DNA of 64,000 nucleotides from Candidatus Multivorans sp. (GTDB lineage Bacteria; Acidobacteriota; Thermoanaerobaculia; Multivoradales; Multivoraceae): NCBI GenBank assembly GCA_965208755.1, contig OZ242353.1, positions 3,138,671 to 3,202,670 of the forward strand, read 5' to 3'. Shown piece by piece: positions 17,501 to 23,226 of this stretch (position 1 is its first letter; each line of letters starts with the position of its first letter). The notes under the pieces were generated by a model. It saw only the letters and a program-made list of their open reading frames with translations, ran no database searches and was not told where the DNA came from. The position numbers and the translations under genes were made by a program.

Positions 17501-18838
17501 GTAGCCCTGGACCAGTACGTGGCCGTTGGTCCCCGACCAGCCGAACGAATTGACGCCAGCCAGGCGGGGTCGATCGGCGTGGAGCGGCCAGTCCGTCATC
17601 CCGTCGGTGACGCGGACGGGCAGGCGGTCCCAGTCGATGTTGGGATTCGGGGTGCTGAAGTTCAGGTGACGTGGAATGACCCCGTGTCTCATCGCCAGGA
17701 CGGCCTTGATGAGGCCCGCGACGCCGGCGGCGGGTCCGAGATGTCCGATGTTCGTCTTGACGGAACCGACCAGCAAAGGGTGTTCCGCGTCGCGCTCGCG
17801 TCCGTAGACGGCCGCCGCCGCGTTCAGCTCGATGGGATCGCCGACGATCGTGCCGGTGCCGTGGGCCTCCAGGTAGTCGACGTCGGAGGGGGAGGCACCG
17901 GCCCGCGCCAGGGCCTCCTCCATCGCCTTCTGCTGGGAGGGAGCGCTGGGCACGGTCAGGCCCTGGCTGGCGCCGTCCTGGTTGACTGCCGAGCCGGGGA
18001 TGACGGCCCAGATCCGGTCGCCGTCCGCCTGCGCGTCGCTGAGGCGCTTGAGCACGATCAGGCCGCAGCCCTCGCCGGAGACGAAGCCGTCGGCGGCCGC
18101 GTCGAAGGTCCAGCACCGGCCGGTGGGCGACAGCATGCCCGCGTTGGCGCGCAGCTCGAGCGGACGTCCGGCGAACTGCGCATGGACGCCGCCGGCCAGA
18201 ACCAGGTCCGCCTCGCGACGCTGGAGCCCCGCCACAGCCTGGTGGATGGCGACCAGTGAGGACGAGCAGGCGGTGTCGATCGCCATCGACGGCCCTTCGA
18301 GGCCGAGAACGAAGGACACCCGGCCGATCGCGGTGTTCAGCGCGTTGCCGGTGGCGGCGTAGAGCCCGGCCGCGGCCTCGCTCGTGCCGGGATCCGAGAT
18401 CGCCATGTCCCGGTAGTCCATGATGCTGATGCCGGCATAGACGCCGGTGCGGCTGCCCTTGAGGCTCGCGGGGTCGACGGCCGCGTCTTCGAGCGCCCAC
18501 CAGCTCACCTCCAGCATCATGCGCTGCTGGGGATCGAGCATCTGCGCCTCGATCGGGGAGATGCGGAAGAACTCCGCGTCGAACCGGTCGAGATCCTCGA
18601 CGTACGCCCCGAAACGGATGGCCTCGTTGCTGGCGGGGAACTGGGGGAACTGCCGCCCCTTGCGCCCGATGACGGTGCCGGGCGGGCCTTCCACCACCGC
18701 GTTCTCGCCGGCCAGGAGCTGTCTCCAATAGCCGGAGAGGTCCTTGCTGCCGGGGAAGCGGCACGCCATGCCGATGATCGCTACCGGCTCCTCGCGGGGC
18801 GGGCCGTCCGGAGAACCTGGGTGGGTGGTGTTCGACAT
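8507..18838 (-). CDS. Type I polyketide synthase, fully reducing and C-methylating: KS-AT-DH-cMT-psiKR-ER-KR-ACP-KS-AT(degenerate)
   Basis: A single 3,443-aa ORF. I counted residues by hand and checked several codons against the DNA. Motifs: DTACSSS (C191), EAHGTGT, NIGHLG, GHSLGE (S666), LLDHLVYEQVVVPGG, LLDGCFQ, ILEVGAGTGSAT, LIHAGTGGVG, YLVTGGLGGIG and GMDSL (S2561). A second KS carries QLQCAAS (C2795), and an AT-like region carries GFDAGE. Confidence 0.95.
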   Translation of the reverse strand: MSNTTHPGSPDGPPREEPVAIIGMACRFPGSKDLSGYWRQLLAGENAVVEGPPGTVIGRKGRQFPQFPASNEAIRFGAYVEDLDRFDAEFFRISPIEAQMLDPQQRMMLEVSWWALEDAAVDPASLKGSRTGVYAGISIMDYRDMAISDPGTSEAAAGLYAATGNALNTAIGRVSFVLGLEGPSMAIDTACSSSLVAIHQAVAGLQRREADLVLAGGVHAQFAGRPLELRANAGMLSPTGRCWTFDAAADGFVSGEGCGLIVLKRLSDAQADGDRIWAVIPGSAVNQDGASQGLTVPSAPSQQKAMEEALARAGASPSDVDYLEAHGTGTIVGDPIELNAAAAVYGRERDAEHPLLVGSVKTNIGHLGPAAGVAGLIKAVLAMRHGVIPRHLNFSTPNPNIDWDRLPVRVTDGMTDWPLHADRPRLAGVNSFGWSGTNGHVLVQGYNGLEAPAGAARAYFRGSFPSGVRLRVRPPTEPGEEPLGEQGTRETRFLPLSARSPVALRDSAGRYLSWLDEETDPDLADLAWTAAVARSHFAHRAGLVFTDDSQLRQQLEDLSAGEGDGAPRDAKKVAFVFTGQASQWPGMGRALYEREPVFRSVLDRCDRLLLEDRGVSLLDVMFGENGTDGLLDEPTWTQPAIYSLECALVALWESLDVRPSVVVGHSLGEIAAARAAGGFTLEQGLRYAAARGTLMGATRSDGAMAAVFAPASRVAEAAAEHNAGSNDADLSVAVDNGAQQVVSGPAAELDALLARFEAEGVKTHRLRRSPAYHSALIEPALDELEAAVREIAPSPPAPSVPLVSNITGRLLDPDDRMDAAYWRRHAREPVAFRASVDTLAEMGVDAVVEIGPHAVLGPVVSMIWPASAPAGSPPVLASLRRPPREAEGPPSDTSGGFTEAVAGAWEAGLDIEFEGLFAGEERRRITLPGYPFQRIQHWVRTSKRRHKADGHPLLGVRHESPRGEVMFETEVFASDPAWLLDHLVYEQVVVPGGLHGGMAVSVALSQGDGPAVVDELQIYSPLMLDEEDPESGASAGRTLQFVLDGSDDLAERPFEIFTKGEGEEGWTLHAGGRLSSGRSDVEPLPPLDVEALKAELTPQDPVEFYAMRSATGIYLGPSYHTIESAWATEGESLATLALNDSVDATGMELHPLLLDGCFQVLSLARHHTVAEQGAVYMPFGWQRLWVAGPMPSRLLCHATVRTSAATNGADAASSEPPEVVTGDVRFYSTEGEPLGGLFGFTVKRATRGALLSARAGMKDLLYEVAWRERPLDGSVPAADFLARPATVAGQSRTLAEHLAERDVEAADRITLLRDLERLSKAYVLSALEGMGWRRPAEATVSPEALRRELNVVDEHRRLFRRLLAILSEADILSRSDGGYVVAVGAGDPLPDEALADPETLAERLRDRHPHGSNELGLLCRCGPALAEVLQGSTDPMTLMFSDEGPGAAGVYLQAPANRSANRMLGDAVEAAVSDLPEDRRLRILEVGAGTGSATEAVLPRLPSDRIDYTFTDISAGFFSQAEERFAATGAPIEYRRLDIEADPAAQGFDAHAYDLVIAANVLHATRDLGETLSHCRDLLAPSGQLVALEGLRHRTWQDLTFGLLDGWWRFTDIYRTEHAFARPDEWRRALGDTGFSDVEFLGTRDPDTDEHLGSSVILARGPADVAPATGAWVVSADGAGMAEQLAAELACRDQTVLLVRAEGDAGDPPPEVPGVTTAALEPSDREAWRALLEGLPEQPPLRGVVHLLALDGHGASATTDGMAEDVTHAASTALALAQGAIDAGVGPTEGVWFVTRGAQVLEQDLLWNWPPERSRPDGRRDLPGGSEDPRTQWAASSIGELAGAALWGFGKTMSWEASHLQPKLIDLDPSSGTPAAPELAQELLFADSETLIAHRGGVRRAARLIRPGADDSRLALPEDPDWVVGPEDPEAGLTTLRAKPRPRPDLEPGEVRVAVEAMGLNFVDALMSIGAVSTGGEIGRELVGRVLETGEEVEGLATGDLVAGMGFGSFTPEIVTHAALVAPAPAGLSTSALATVPICFVTADLAFRTADLQAGERVLIHAGTGGVGLAAIQLAQAAGAEVFATASAAKQPFLRSLGVDHVFDSRQTAFGDEILDATDGEGVHVVLNSLTSEGFIEASLACLGPGGRFVEIGKRGIWSQQEMSASRPDVAYSVLDVDELKRTDPVRAGASLARIMDRLAAGELSPLPHTVWPLCEMESAMDAMRAARHTGKNVLRMPPLARGGLRPDRAYLVTGGLGGIGCAVARWLAEQGAGAVVLNGRRDPDPEAEAVIRELREAGADVRVEIADVTDFAAVDALLARIDEGPRPLGGVIHSVGVLSDGVIENQTWDRFEQVLWPKVLGAWHLHQATRTRDLDLFVLFSSGIGVVGNPGQSNHSAANAFLDQLAAHRRGLGLPGQSIAWGAWSGIGEAEEQRERIRRRFDHTAAEWITPEQGIEALDRLVRQDVTAPMVTATDWSIVAEEFGTPPPFFDELLATRKVRRRRTEEPAASSGLMAQLREAPSEEKRNLLETFIQQELQSVLHLPSPPSATVGFFDVGMDSLMAVELRNRLNRAFAGEYTTSNTIVFDYPSTAELAGHLAGEIEALTGAPRVPEKPVAQPRRPTTETDREGIAIVGMACRFPGAPDVSTYWEQLLAGADLVTEGRTGADYWLDRVGDPEADHPAYRWGGYVGGLELFDARFFGLRPIAAEAMDPQQRMLLETSWQALEDAGIDPEALRGSRSGVFAGLNASEYRDLMIAGGSDGGSVGTMSSMTVGRVAFMLGLMGPALPFQLQCAASLAAVHAAATALERGEVDLALAGGVNAIFSPNFSRLLLEHGLLASTGRCATFDASAEGYVRGEGCGVVLLKRLSEAEAAGDRIWAVIRGSAVNHNGTAAGLTMPSGPAQEQVIEEALSRAGVAPADVDYLEAHGAGSEIGDSIEVQAAAAIYGRERDADRPLLIGTAKTNMGHLESAAGIAGLIKVVLAMRHGVIPKHLHFETPNPGVDWDRLPVRVTSERTHWPPANSRPARAGVSAFGFSGTNVHVVVEGYAAPDGDSEPGERQTRILPLSAKSDTALRSLAGRFLGWVDGRGGALESDGSAAGPLLSDLAWTAGTGRSHFPHRAALVFRDGASLVDRLRALSEASGGPSPREATNVAFVYSGRDSRWTGMGEALYRTEPVVRSVLDRCDEVLREQRGESLLEIMFGRTEASGDLDDPAWACPAVYALECSLTALWSSIGIRPSVVAGFDAGELAAAHAAGILSLEDGLRLAAAAGGTERLARDLVLERPSLTVIRGADGRPLAANEALDASLWLQRDGASAAPEASAATLADRGVEVVLEVGPGQSLAPAIADAWPASDAEAAGNEETNGSPLVLASLWPPSGEAAGGHPGGGFLEAASAAYEAGLPVSFAGLFAGETRRRISLPGYPFERRRHWVDPPKSPV
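8804..9376 (-). other. PKS AT-like domain 2 (aa ~3155-3345), degenerate and shortened
   Basis: SGRDSRWTGMG replaces GQGxQWxGMG. GFDAGE replaces GHSxGE (codons 9086-9100). There are about 95 aa from that motif to the VLEVGPG end motif, versus about 185 aa in AT1. Confidence 0.75.
9689..10951 (-). other. PKS domain KS2 (aa ~2630-3050), divergent active-site context
   Basis: Has IAIVGMACRFPG. QLQCAASL replaces DTACSSSL, with the Cys kept (codon 10454-10456). It also has EAHGAGSEIGDSIE and TNMGHLESAAG. Confidence 0.8.
11024..11281 (-). other. PKS domain ACP (aa ~2520-2605)
   Basis: Has FFDVGMDSLMAVELRN. The Ser2561 codon is at 11156-11158. Confidence 0.85.
11399..12097 (-). other. PKS domain KR (aa ~2248-2480) with His at the catalytic Tyr position
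   Basis: Has YLVTGGLGGIG, WPKVLGAWHLH and LFSSGIGVVGNPGQSNHSAANAFLD. Confidence 0.8.
12119..13036 (-). other. PKS domain ER (aa ~1935-2240)
   Basis: Has GEVRVAVEAMGLNFVD and the LIHAGTGGVGLAAIQLA NADPH motif. Confidence 0.8.
13139..13831 (-). other. PKS psi-KR structural subdomain (aa ~1670-1900), carrying the repeat-derived insert
   Basis: VWFVTRGAQ ... ALWGFGK, with 46 aa between the two motifs. From memory the usual spacing is about 20 aa. Confidence 0.6.
13326..13421 (-). repeat. REP-like element, copy D, inside the PKS reading frame
   Basis: The core GCGGGTCAGAGGACCCGCGCACC lies on the minus strand at 13346-13368. The 24-nt block shared with copy B is at 13378-13401. The element is bounded by a perfect 15-bp inverted repeat ATGGAACTGGCCGCC / GGCGGCCAGTTCCAT. 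Total length is 96 nt, or 32 codons. Confidence 0.75.
13859..14641 (-). other. PKS domain C-methyltransferase (aa ~1400-1660)
   Basis: Has the SAM motif ILEVGAGTGSAT, and also DLVIAANVLHAT. Confidence 0.8.
15089..15991 (-). other. PKS domain DH (aa ~950-1250)
   Basis: Has HPLLG, LLDHLVYEQVVVP and DGCFQ. Confidence 0.75.
16229..17122 (-). other. PKS domain AT1 (aa ~573-870), probably malonyl-type
   Basis: Has GQASQWPGMG and GHSLGE. The specificity region reads PAYHS, closer to HAFHS than to YASHS. The substrate call is tentative. Confidence 0.75.
17504..18790 (-). other. PKS domain KS1 (aa ~17-445)
   Basis: Has the C191/H326/H366 triad motifs. Boundaries are approximate. Confidence 0.85.
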
Positions 18839-18845
18839 TGAGCGG

Positions 18846-18863
18846 CCTCCAGTCGCCTGGAGG
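18846..18863 (-). promoter_or_regulatory. SD-sequestering hairpin in the PKS 5' leader
   Basis: The mRNA sense reads CCTCCAG-GCGA-CTGGAGG-CCGCTCA-ATG. It forms a 7-bp stem with a GNRA-type tetraloop. The 3' arm contains the GGAGG that sits 7 nt before the start codon. Confidence 0.45.
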
Positions 18864-19045
18864 ACACTCTATTCACCAGGATCGTCACAATCCAGGAGCT
18901 TGTAGCCGCGCCAGCGCTCGACGGCCCGACCAAGTGGTTCAATCGCTGTTTCGCTACAACGTTCGATGGGCGACTGATCGAGTCGCCGGGTTCGTGAACT
19001 CGAAGAGAACGCCCCCTTCTGCGGGAACTCCTACGACAATGGCCC

Positions 19046-19074
19046 TTGACAAGCGTAAAGCATCGCTTTACGAT
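19046..19074 (+). promoter_or_regulatory. Sigma70-like promoter of the HTH giant gene (TTGACA-17 nt-TACGAT)
   Basis: A perfect -35 lies at 19046-19051 and a -10-like TACGAT at 19069-19074. The ATG at 19083 is only 9 nt after the -10 and has no SD, so the mRNA is probably leaderless or nearly so. Confidence 0.5.
19052..19074. promoter_or_regulatory. Palindromic operator candidate inside the promoter spacer
   Basis: The sequence is AGCGTAAAGC-ATC-GCTTTACGAT. The 8-bp arms CGTAAAGC/GCTTTACG are perfect (19054-19061 and 19065-19072). Extended to 10 bp the arms carry one mismatch. Confidence 0.5.
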
Positions 19075-19082
19075 CCGTCGCG

Positions 19083-22000
19083 ATGCCGGTCTCACGACAA
19101 CCGGTCCCCGTCGGCGACCACATCAGAAACAAGGTACTTCCTGAAGGGATGACCGTGACGGAGGCCGCGAAGATTCTGGGCGTCACCCGGGTAGCGCTCT
19201 CAAGTCTCTTGAACGGCCGAACCTCGTTGTCTCGCCAGATGGCGGTCCGCCTAACGGCGTTCGGCGCCGATGCCGACGAGCTACTCGGGTACCAGGAAGA
19301 AGCGCTGCGAAAGCGCCGCCGAGAAGAGGAGAGGAAGTTGACCAGACGGAGCTACGTGCCGCCCTTCCTGCAAATCACTGCCTCCCAGATCCACGACTGG
19401 GCGAGCAAAGGTGACGAGGCGCGTAGCCGCTTGCCGGTTCTCTTGCGGAGGCTGATCCGCTCGACCGGGGACGAACTTCGCCGCGTGGAGTTTCCGGGCT
19501 TCGGCGAAGCGCAGCGGCACGGGTGGGATGGCCAGGTGGAAGCTGGCAGGAGGACGCTCTGGATTCCAGAGGGGAGGTCCGGATGGGAACTCAGCACCCG
19601 CCAAGACCCCGGCGCGAAGGCGAATGATGATTTCCGTGGACCGCGATCGAAGCTACCGGAAGACGTTCGGGCCGAAACGACATTCGTCTTCGTTTCGTCG
19701 CGAAAGTGGCCGGGCAAGACGGACTGGGAAGAAGCGCGCAAGGCAGAGGGCCGCTGGAAGGACGTACGGGCTCTCGACGCGAGCGACCTTGAACAGTGGC
19801 TTGAGGACTCAATCGAGGGACAGGTCTGGATGGCCGAGCAGCTCGGCCTGCCGTCTTTGCACGACTGCATGACTCTGAATCGAGCTTGGCAGGAGTGGTC
19901 CGAGGCCAGCGATCCACCGATGACGGAGGTGCTCTTTCGCCCGGCGGTAGTCGAGCACTGCAGGAAGGTGGTGTCTTGGCTTGAGGCGGAAACGCCAGAG
20001 CGGCCCCTTTACGTGGCTGCGGATTCCAAGGAGGAAGCGCTGGCGTTCCTGGCGTGCCTACTTCGCGACGAGCGTGTGCCGGCCGCTTTCCCCGATCGTG
20101 TGGTTGTCGTCAACTCGGCGGTGACCGTTCGAACTCTGGCGCCGTCGACGTCCCGGTTCATTCCGATCGTGGCCGGCAAGGAGGCGGAGCGCGAACTCGC
20201 CTCCGCGTACCGGCGACGGCACTGCATCGTCGTGCGCCCAAGAAACGCAGTCGACCGAGATCCAGACGTTTCTCTCGGTCTCGTGCGCCACGCGACGTTT
20301 AGAGACGGTCTGATGGCCATGGGCCTGAAGCGTGACGAGATCGATCACCTGGCCCGCGTATCAGGGCGTTCACCGACCGTGTTGAGGCGGCGCCGTTCCG
20401 CGCTCGATGCGATTCGAGAGCCGTGGTGGGCTGAGAAGACTGAAGTCGCTCGCCAGCTGGTGCCGCTGACACTGGTCGGCGCTTGGCACGCCGAATCGAG
20501 GGCGGACCAGGAGGTGCTGAAGGCGCTTGCGGATCGGCCGTTCGATCAGATTGAAGAAGATGTCGCGGCATTACTCGGCTCCAACGACTGCCCCATCTGG
20601 TCAGTCGACCAGCACCGGGGTGTGGTGTCCAAGTTCGATGGGCTCTTCGCCCTAGGCCGGTACATGACTTCCGGGGACCTTCGTCGCTTCCTAGCAGTGG
20701 CCGAGAACGTGTTGTCGGAAGCAGACCCGGCCTTGGACCTGCCCCGGGACCAAAGGTGGATGGCGCAACTCGATGGGAAAGTGCGTGATCACTCGAACGC
20801 ACTACGCACCGGTGTCTGTGAGACGCTCGTCCTGTTGGCGGCCCACGGCAACGAGCTGTTTCGCAAGAGACTGGGGCTGGATCTGGAGACCGAAGTGGCC
20901 GGCCTTTTCAGGCGGCTCCTTAGGCCCGAGGGGGACGAGGTTCCGCTGACGACCGCGACGCTTGAGTCGTATGAGCGGGATCTTCCGATGCTCGCCGAAG
21001 CGGCGCCGGAAGAGTTTCTGAGTCTGGTGGAGTCGGATCTCGACAGCGGGAACTCGGCGGTGCGCGGACTCCTCAGGCCGGTCGAGACGGACATTTTCAT
21101 TGGTTGTCCACGTGCAGGCCTCCTTTGGGGCCTCGAGTGCCTTGCATGGAACCCGTCGAGCTTCTCGCGTGCAGTGCTGATTCTCGGGAGAATGGCGAAG
21201 ATCGAGATTGACGACAACTACGTCCACAAGCCGATCCATAGCCTGGAGGCCGTCTTCCAATCCGGCGCACCTCAGACTGCGGCTCCCTTGAGCCGGCGCG
21301 TGGAGGCCTTGAAGCTGCTTTGTCACCGAGTTCCAGAGATCGCGTGGCACGTTTGCATGAAGGAGGTTCGTGAGGACCGGCGCGACGACAACTATCGGCC
21401 GCGTTGGGGTGGAGACGCATCCGGGGCTGGTCGCGACGTGCCCCGTGAGGAGGCCGAGCAGTTTGTTCGGGCGGCACTCGGCCTTTCGCTGGACTGGCCC
21501 AAAGGACTCGACGCTTCGAAGCTCGGCGACCTGATCGACCGCCTCGTTGTCATTTCCGACGCGGACCGAGAGAAGGTCTGGTCGCTCGTTGAGGACTGGA
21601 TGGTAGACGGGAGGAGCGATTCGGAGAGGGCAAAGTTGAGGGAACGGCTGCGTCGCTTCGGCTACGCCACGGCCCCGCTGGGCGACCGAGTGGACCCGGT
21701 CCTGAGGGAGCGAGCGAAGGCGCTTTACGACCGCCTTGTGCCTAGCGATCCGACCGCCCGCCACGAATGGCTGTTCGCGGAGCGCTGGATTCACGACTGG
21801 CCCGAAGACGCGGCCGAGGCCGAGGACTACTTTGGGCGGGAGGAGCGAATTGAGGAGCGGCGCCGGGAGGCGATGAAAGAGGTCTGGTCGAGCGCCGGCC
21901 TTTCCGGCGCACTTGCCTTGCTCCCGTCAAGCAGCGCTCCAGACATCGTCGGACGACACGCTGCGTCCTGTGTCACCGACGTGACCGGCAGGACCGAAGT

Positions 22001-23192
22001 TCTTCAGTCGTGCCTGTCCGCCGATGGGTCGGCGAGTCTTGACCCGGAGGGTCGGAAGTTGGATGGGTTCTTGCGAGGGTTCATCCTGGCTGTGGACGCG
22101 GAAGCTCGCGAAGCGCTGCTTGTGCGAGTAGCCGCCGAACTCACGCAGGCCCAGACGTTTCGGCTCCTTCTCTGCGCTCCCTTCTGTGGCCAGACCTGGC
22201 GACTCGTGGGCGGGCAGGGGCAGGATGTCGAAGAAGAGTACTGGAGCGAAGTGGAGGTACCTCTGATCGGCCGCTTCTCCGAGCCCGAGTGTGTCGAGTT
22301 GGTTGATCGGCTTCTTGAAGCAGCACGACCGTTCGCGGCCTTCAACCTCGCGTCGAGGAATTGGGACGCAGTCGAGACTTCGCGCCTGATTCGGCTCCTG
22401 AGGGCCTTGGCTGCAGCCCGCGAGGTGGACGCCCTGGTCGAACAAGGGATGTTCTCCTTCTACATCTCCAAAGCACTTGCGTCTCTCGACGGTCGCACGG
22501 GCGTACCGTGGGACGAACTCGCGGACCTTGAGTTCGAGTTCTCTGCGGTCCTGAGGTACGAGGAGCGTGGTACTCCCAACCTTGAGCGGCGAATCGCCGA
22601 GTCGCCCCGGTACTTCGTTTGGCTGCTTGGCCGCGTTTACCGGCGAGCGGACGGGGGCGATGATCCGGAAGGATGGCCGGCGCCGGGCACTGAGCGAGGC
22701 CGTCGCGTTCATGAACTCGCAAGCTCTGCGCTGGAGAACGCTGCCCGGATTCCCGGGACAGACGAGAATGGCGAAATCGATGCAGAGAAGCTCCGAGCTT
22801 GGATTGGGGACGTGCGGCGGCTAGCTGCCGAAGTCGGGCGAGTGGAATGCGCCGAGGTTCGTGTTGGTGAACTCCTCGCACGAAGGCTGCCGGTTGAGGG
22901 TCGCCCGTGGCCGGAACGACCGATTTGCGAAGGCCTGGAAGCAGTGGCCACGCGGCAGATTGGGAGCGGGTTCAGCACTGGTGCGATCAATGCGCGCCGC
23001 GCTCGCACACGCGGTAGTGTTGGCGACGAATCGGACTCCAGCATGGCTTCGAAGTACCGGGCCTGGTCGGACGCGCTTGCCGCGGAGTACCCGTTCGTGA
23101 GTCGAGCATTGAAGAGCGTTGCCAGGTTCTACGAGGATTCAGCGGCTCACTGGGCTTCAGACGAGGAACTGCAAATGCGGTTGAGAAACTGA
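19083..23192 (+). CDS. 1,369-aa protein of unknown function with an N-terminal HigA/XRE-type HTH, first gene of the type I R-M island
   Basis: Long ORF with consistent codon bias. Residues ~12-70 (GDHIRNKVLPEGMTVTEAAKILGVTRVALSSLLNGRTSLSRQMAVRLTAFGADADELLGYQ) match the HigA-antitoxin HTH pattern. I could not assign any family to the remaining ~1,300 aa. Confidence 0.85.
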   Translation: MPVSRQPVPVGDHIRNKVLPEGMTVTEAAKILGVTRVALSSLLNGRTSLSRQMAVRLTAFGADADELLGYQEEALRKRRREEERKLTRRSYVPPFLQITASQIHDWASKGDEARSRLPVLLRRLIRSTGDELRRVEFPGFGEAQRHGWDGQVEAGRRTLWIPEGRSGWELSTRQDPGAKANDDFRGPRSKLPEDVRAETTFVFVSSRKWPGKTDWEEARKAEGRWKDVRALDASDLEQWLEDSIEGQVWMAEQLGLPSLHDCMTLNRAWQEWSEASDPPMTEVLFRPAVVEHCRKVVSWLEAETPERPLYVAADSKEEALAFLACLLRDERVPAAFPDRVVVVNSAVTVRTLAPSTSRFIPIVAGKEAERELASAYRRRHCIVVRPRNAVDRDPDVSLGLVRHATFRDGLMAMGLKRDEIDHLARVSGRSPTVLRRRRSALDAIREPWWAEKTEVARQLVPLTLVGAWHAESRADQEVLKALADRPFDQIEEDVAALLGSNDCPIWSVDQHRGVVSKFDGLFALGRYMTSGDLRRFLAVAENVLSEADPALDLPRDQRWMAQLDGKVRDHSNALRTGVCETLVLLAAHGNELFRKRLGLDLETEVAGLFRRLLRPEGDEVPLTTATLESYERDLPMLAEAAPEEFLSLVESDLDSGNSAVRGLLRPVETDIFIGCPRAGLLWGLECLAWNPSSFSRAVLILGRMAKIEIDDNYVHKPIHSLEAVFQSGAPQTAAPLSRRVEALKLLCHRVPEIAWHVCMKEVREDRRDDNYRPRWGGDASGAGRDVPREEAEQFVRAALGLSLDWPKGLDASKLGDLIDRLVVISDADREKVWSLVEDWMVDGRSDSERAKLRERLRRFGYATAPLGDRVDPVLRERAKALYDRLVPSDPTARHEWLFAERWIHDWPEDAAEAEDYFGREERIEERRREAMKEVWSSAGLSGALALLPSSSAPDIVGRHAASCVTDVTGRTEVLQSCLSADGSASLDPEGRKLDGFLRGFILAVDAEAREALLVRVAAELTQAQTFRLLLCAPFCGQTWRLVGGQGQDVEEEYWSEVEVPLIGRFSEPECVELVDRLLEAARPFAAFNLASRNWDAVETSRLIRLLRALAAAREVDALVEQGMFSFYISKALASLDGRTGVPWDELADLEFEFSAVLRYEERGTPNLERRIAESPRYFVWLLGRVYRRADGGDDPEGWPAPGTERGRRVHELASSALENAARIPGTDENGEIDAEKLRAWIGDVRRLAAEVGRVECAEVRVGELLARRLPVEGRPWPERPICEGLEAVATRQIGSGFSTGAINARRARTRGSVGDESDSSMASKYRAWSDALAAEYPFVSRALKSVARFYEDSAAHWASDEELQMRLRN

Positions 23193-23226
23193 CGCTCGGT
23201 CTGGCACGGTCGTCCCGTCCGCTTTC

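Noticed and set aside
8524-18764. Many long ORFs overlapping the PKS on either strand, for example 13535..17320 (+, 1261 aa), 13389..15908 (-, 839 aa), 9473..11287 (+), 11288..13363 (+), 9789..11771 (-) and 17274..18764 (-)
   Set aside because: They are Arg/Pro/Gly/Ala-rich low-complexity translations with no motifs. They are fully nested in or antisense to a gene with unambiguous PKS domain motifs, and are typical open-frame artefacts of ~70% GC DNA.
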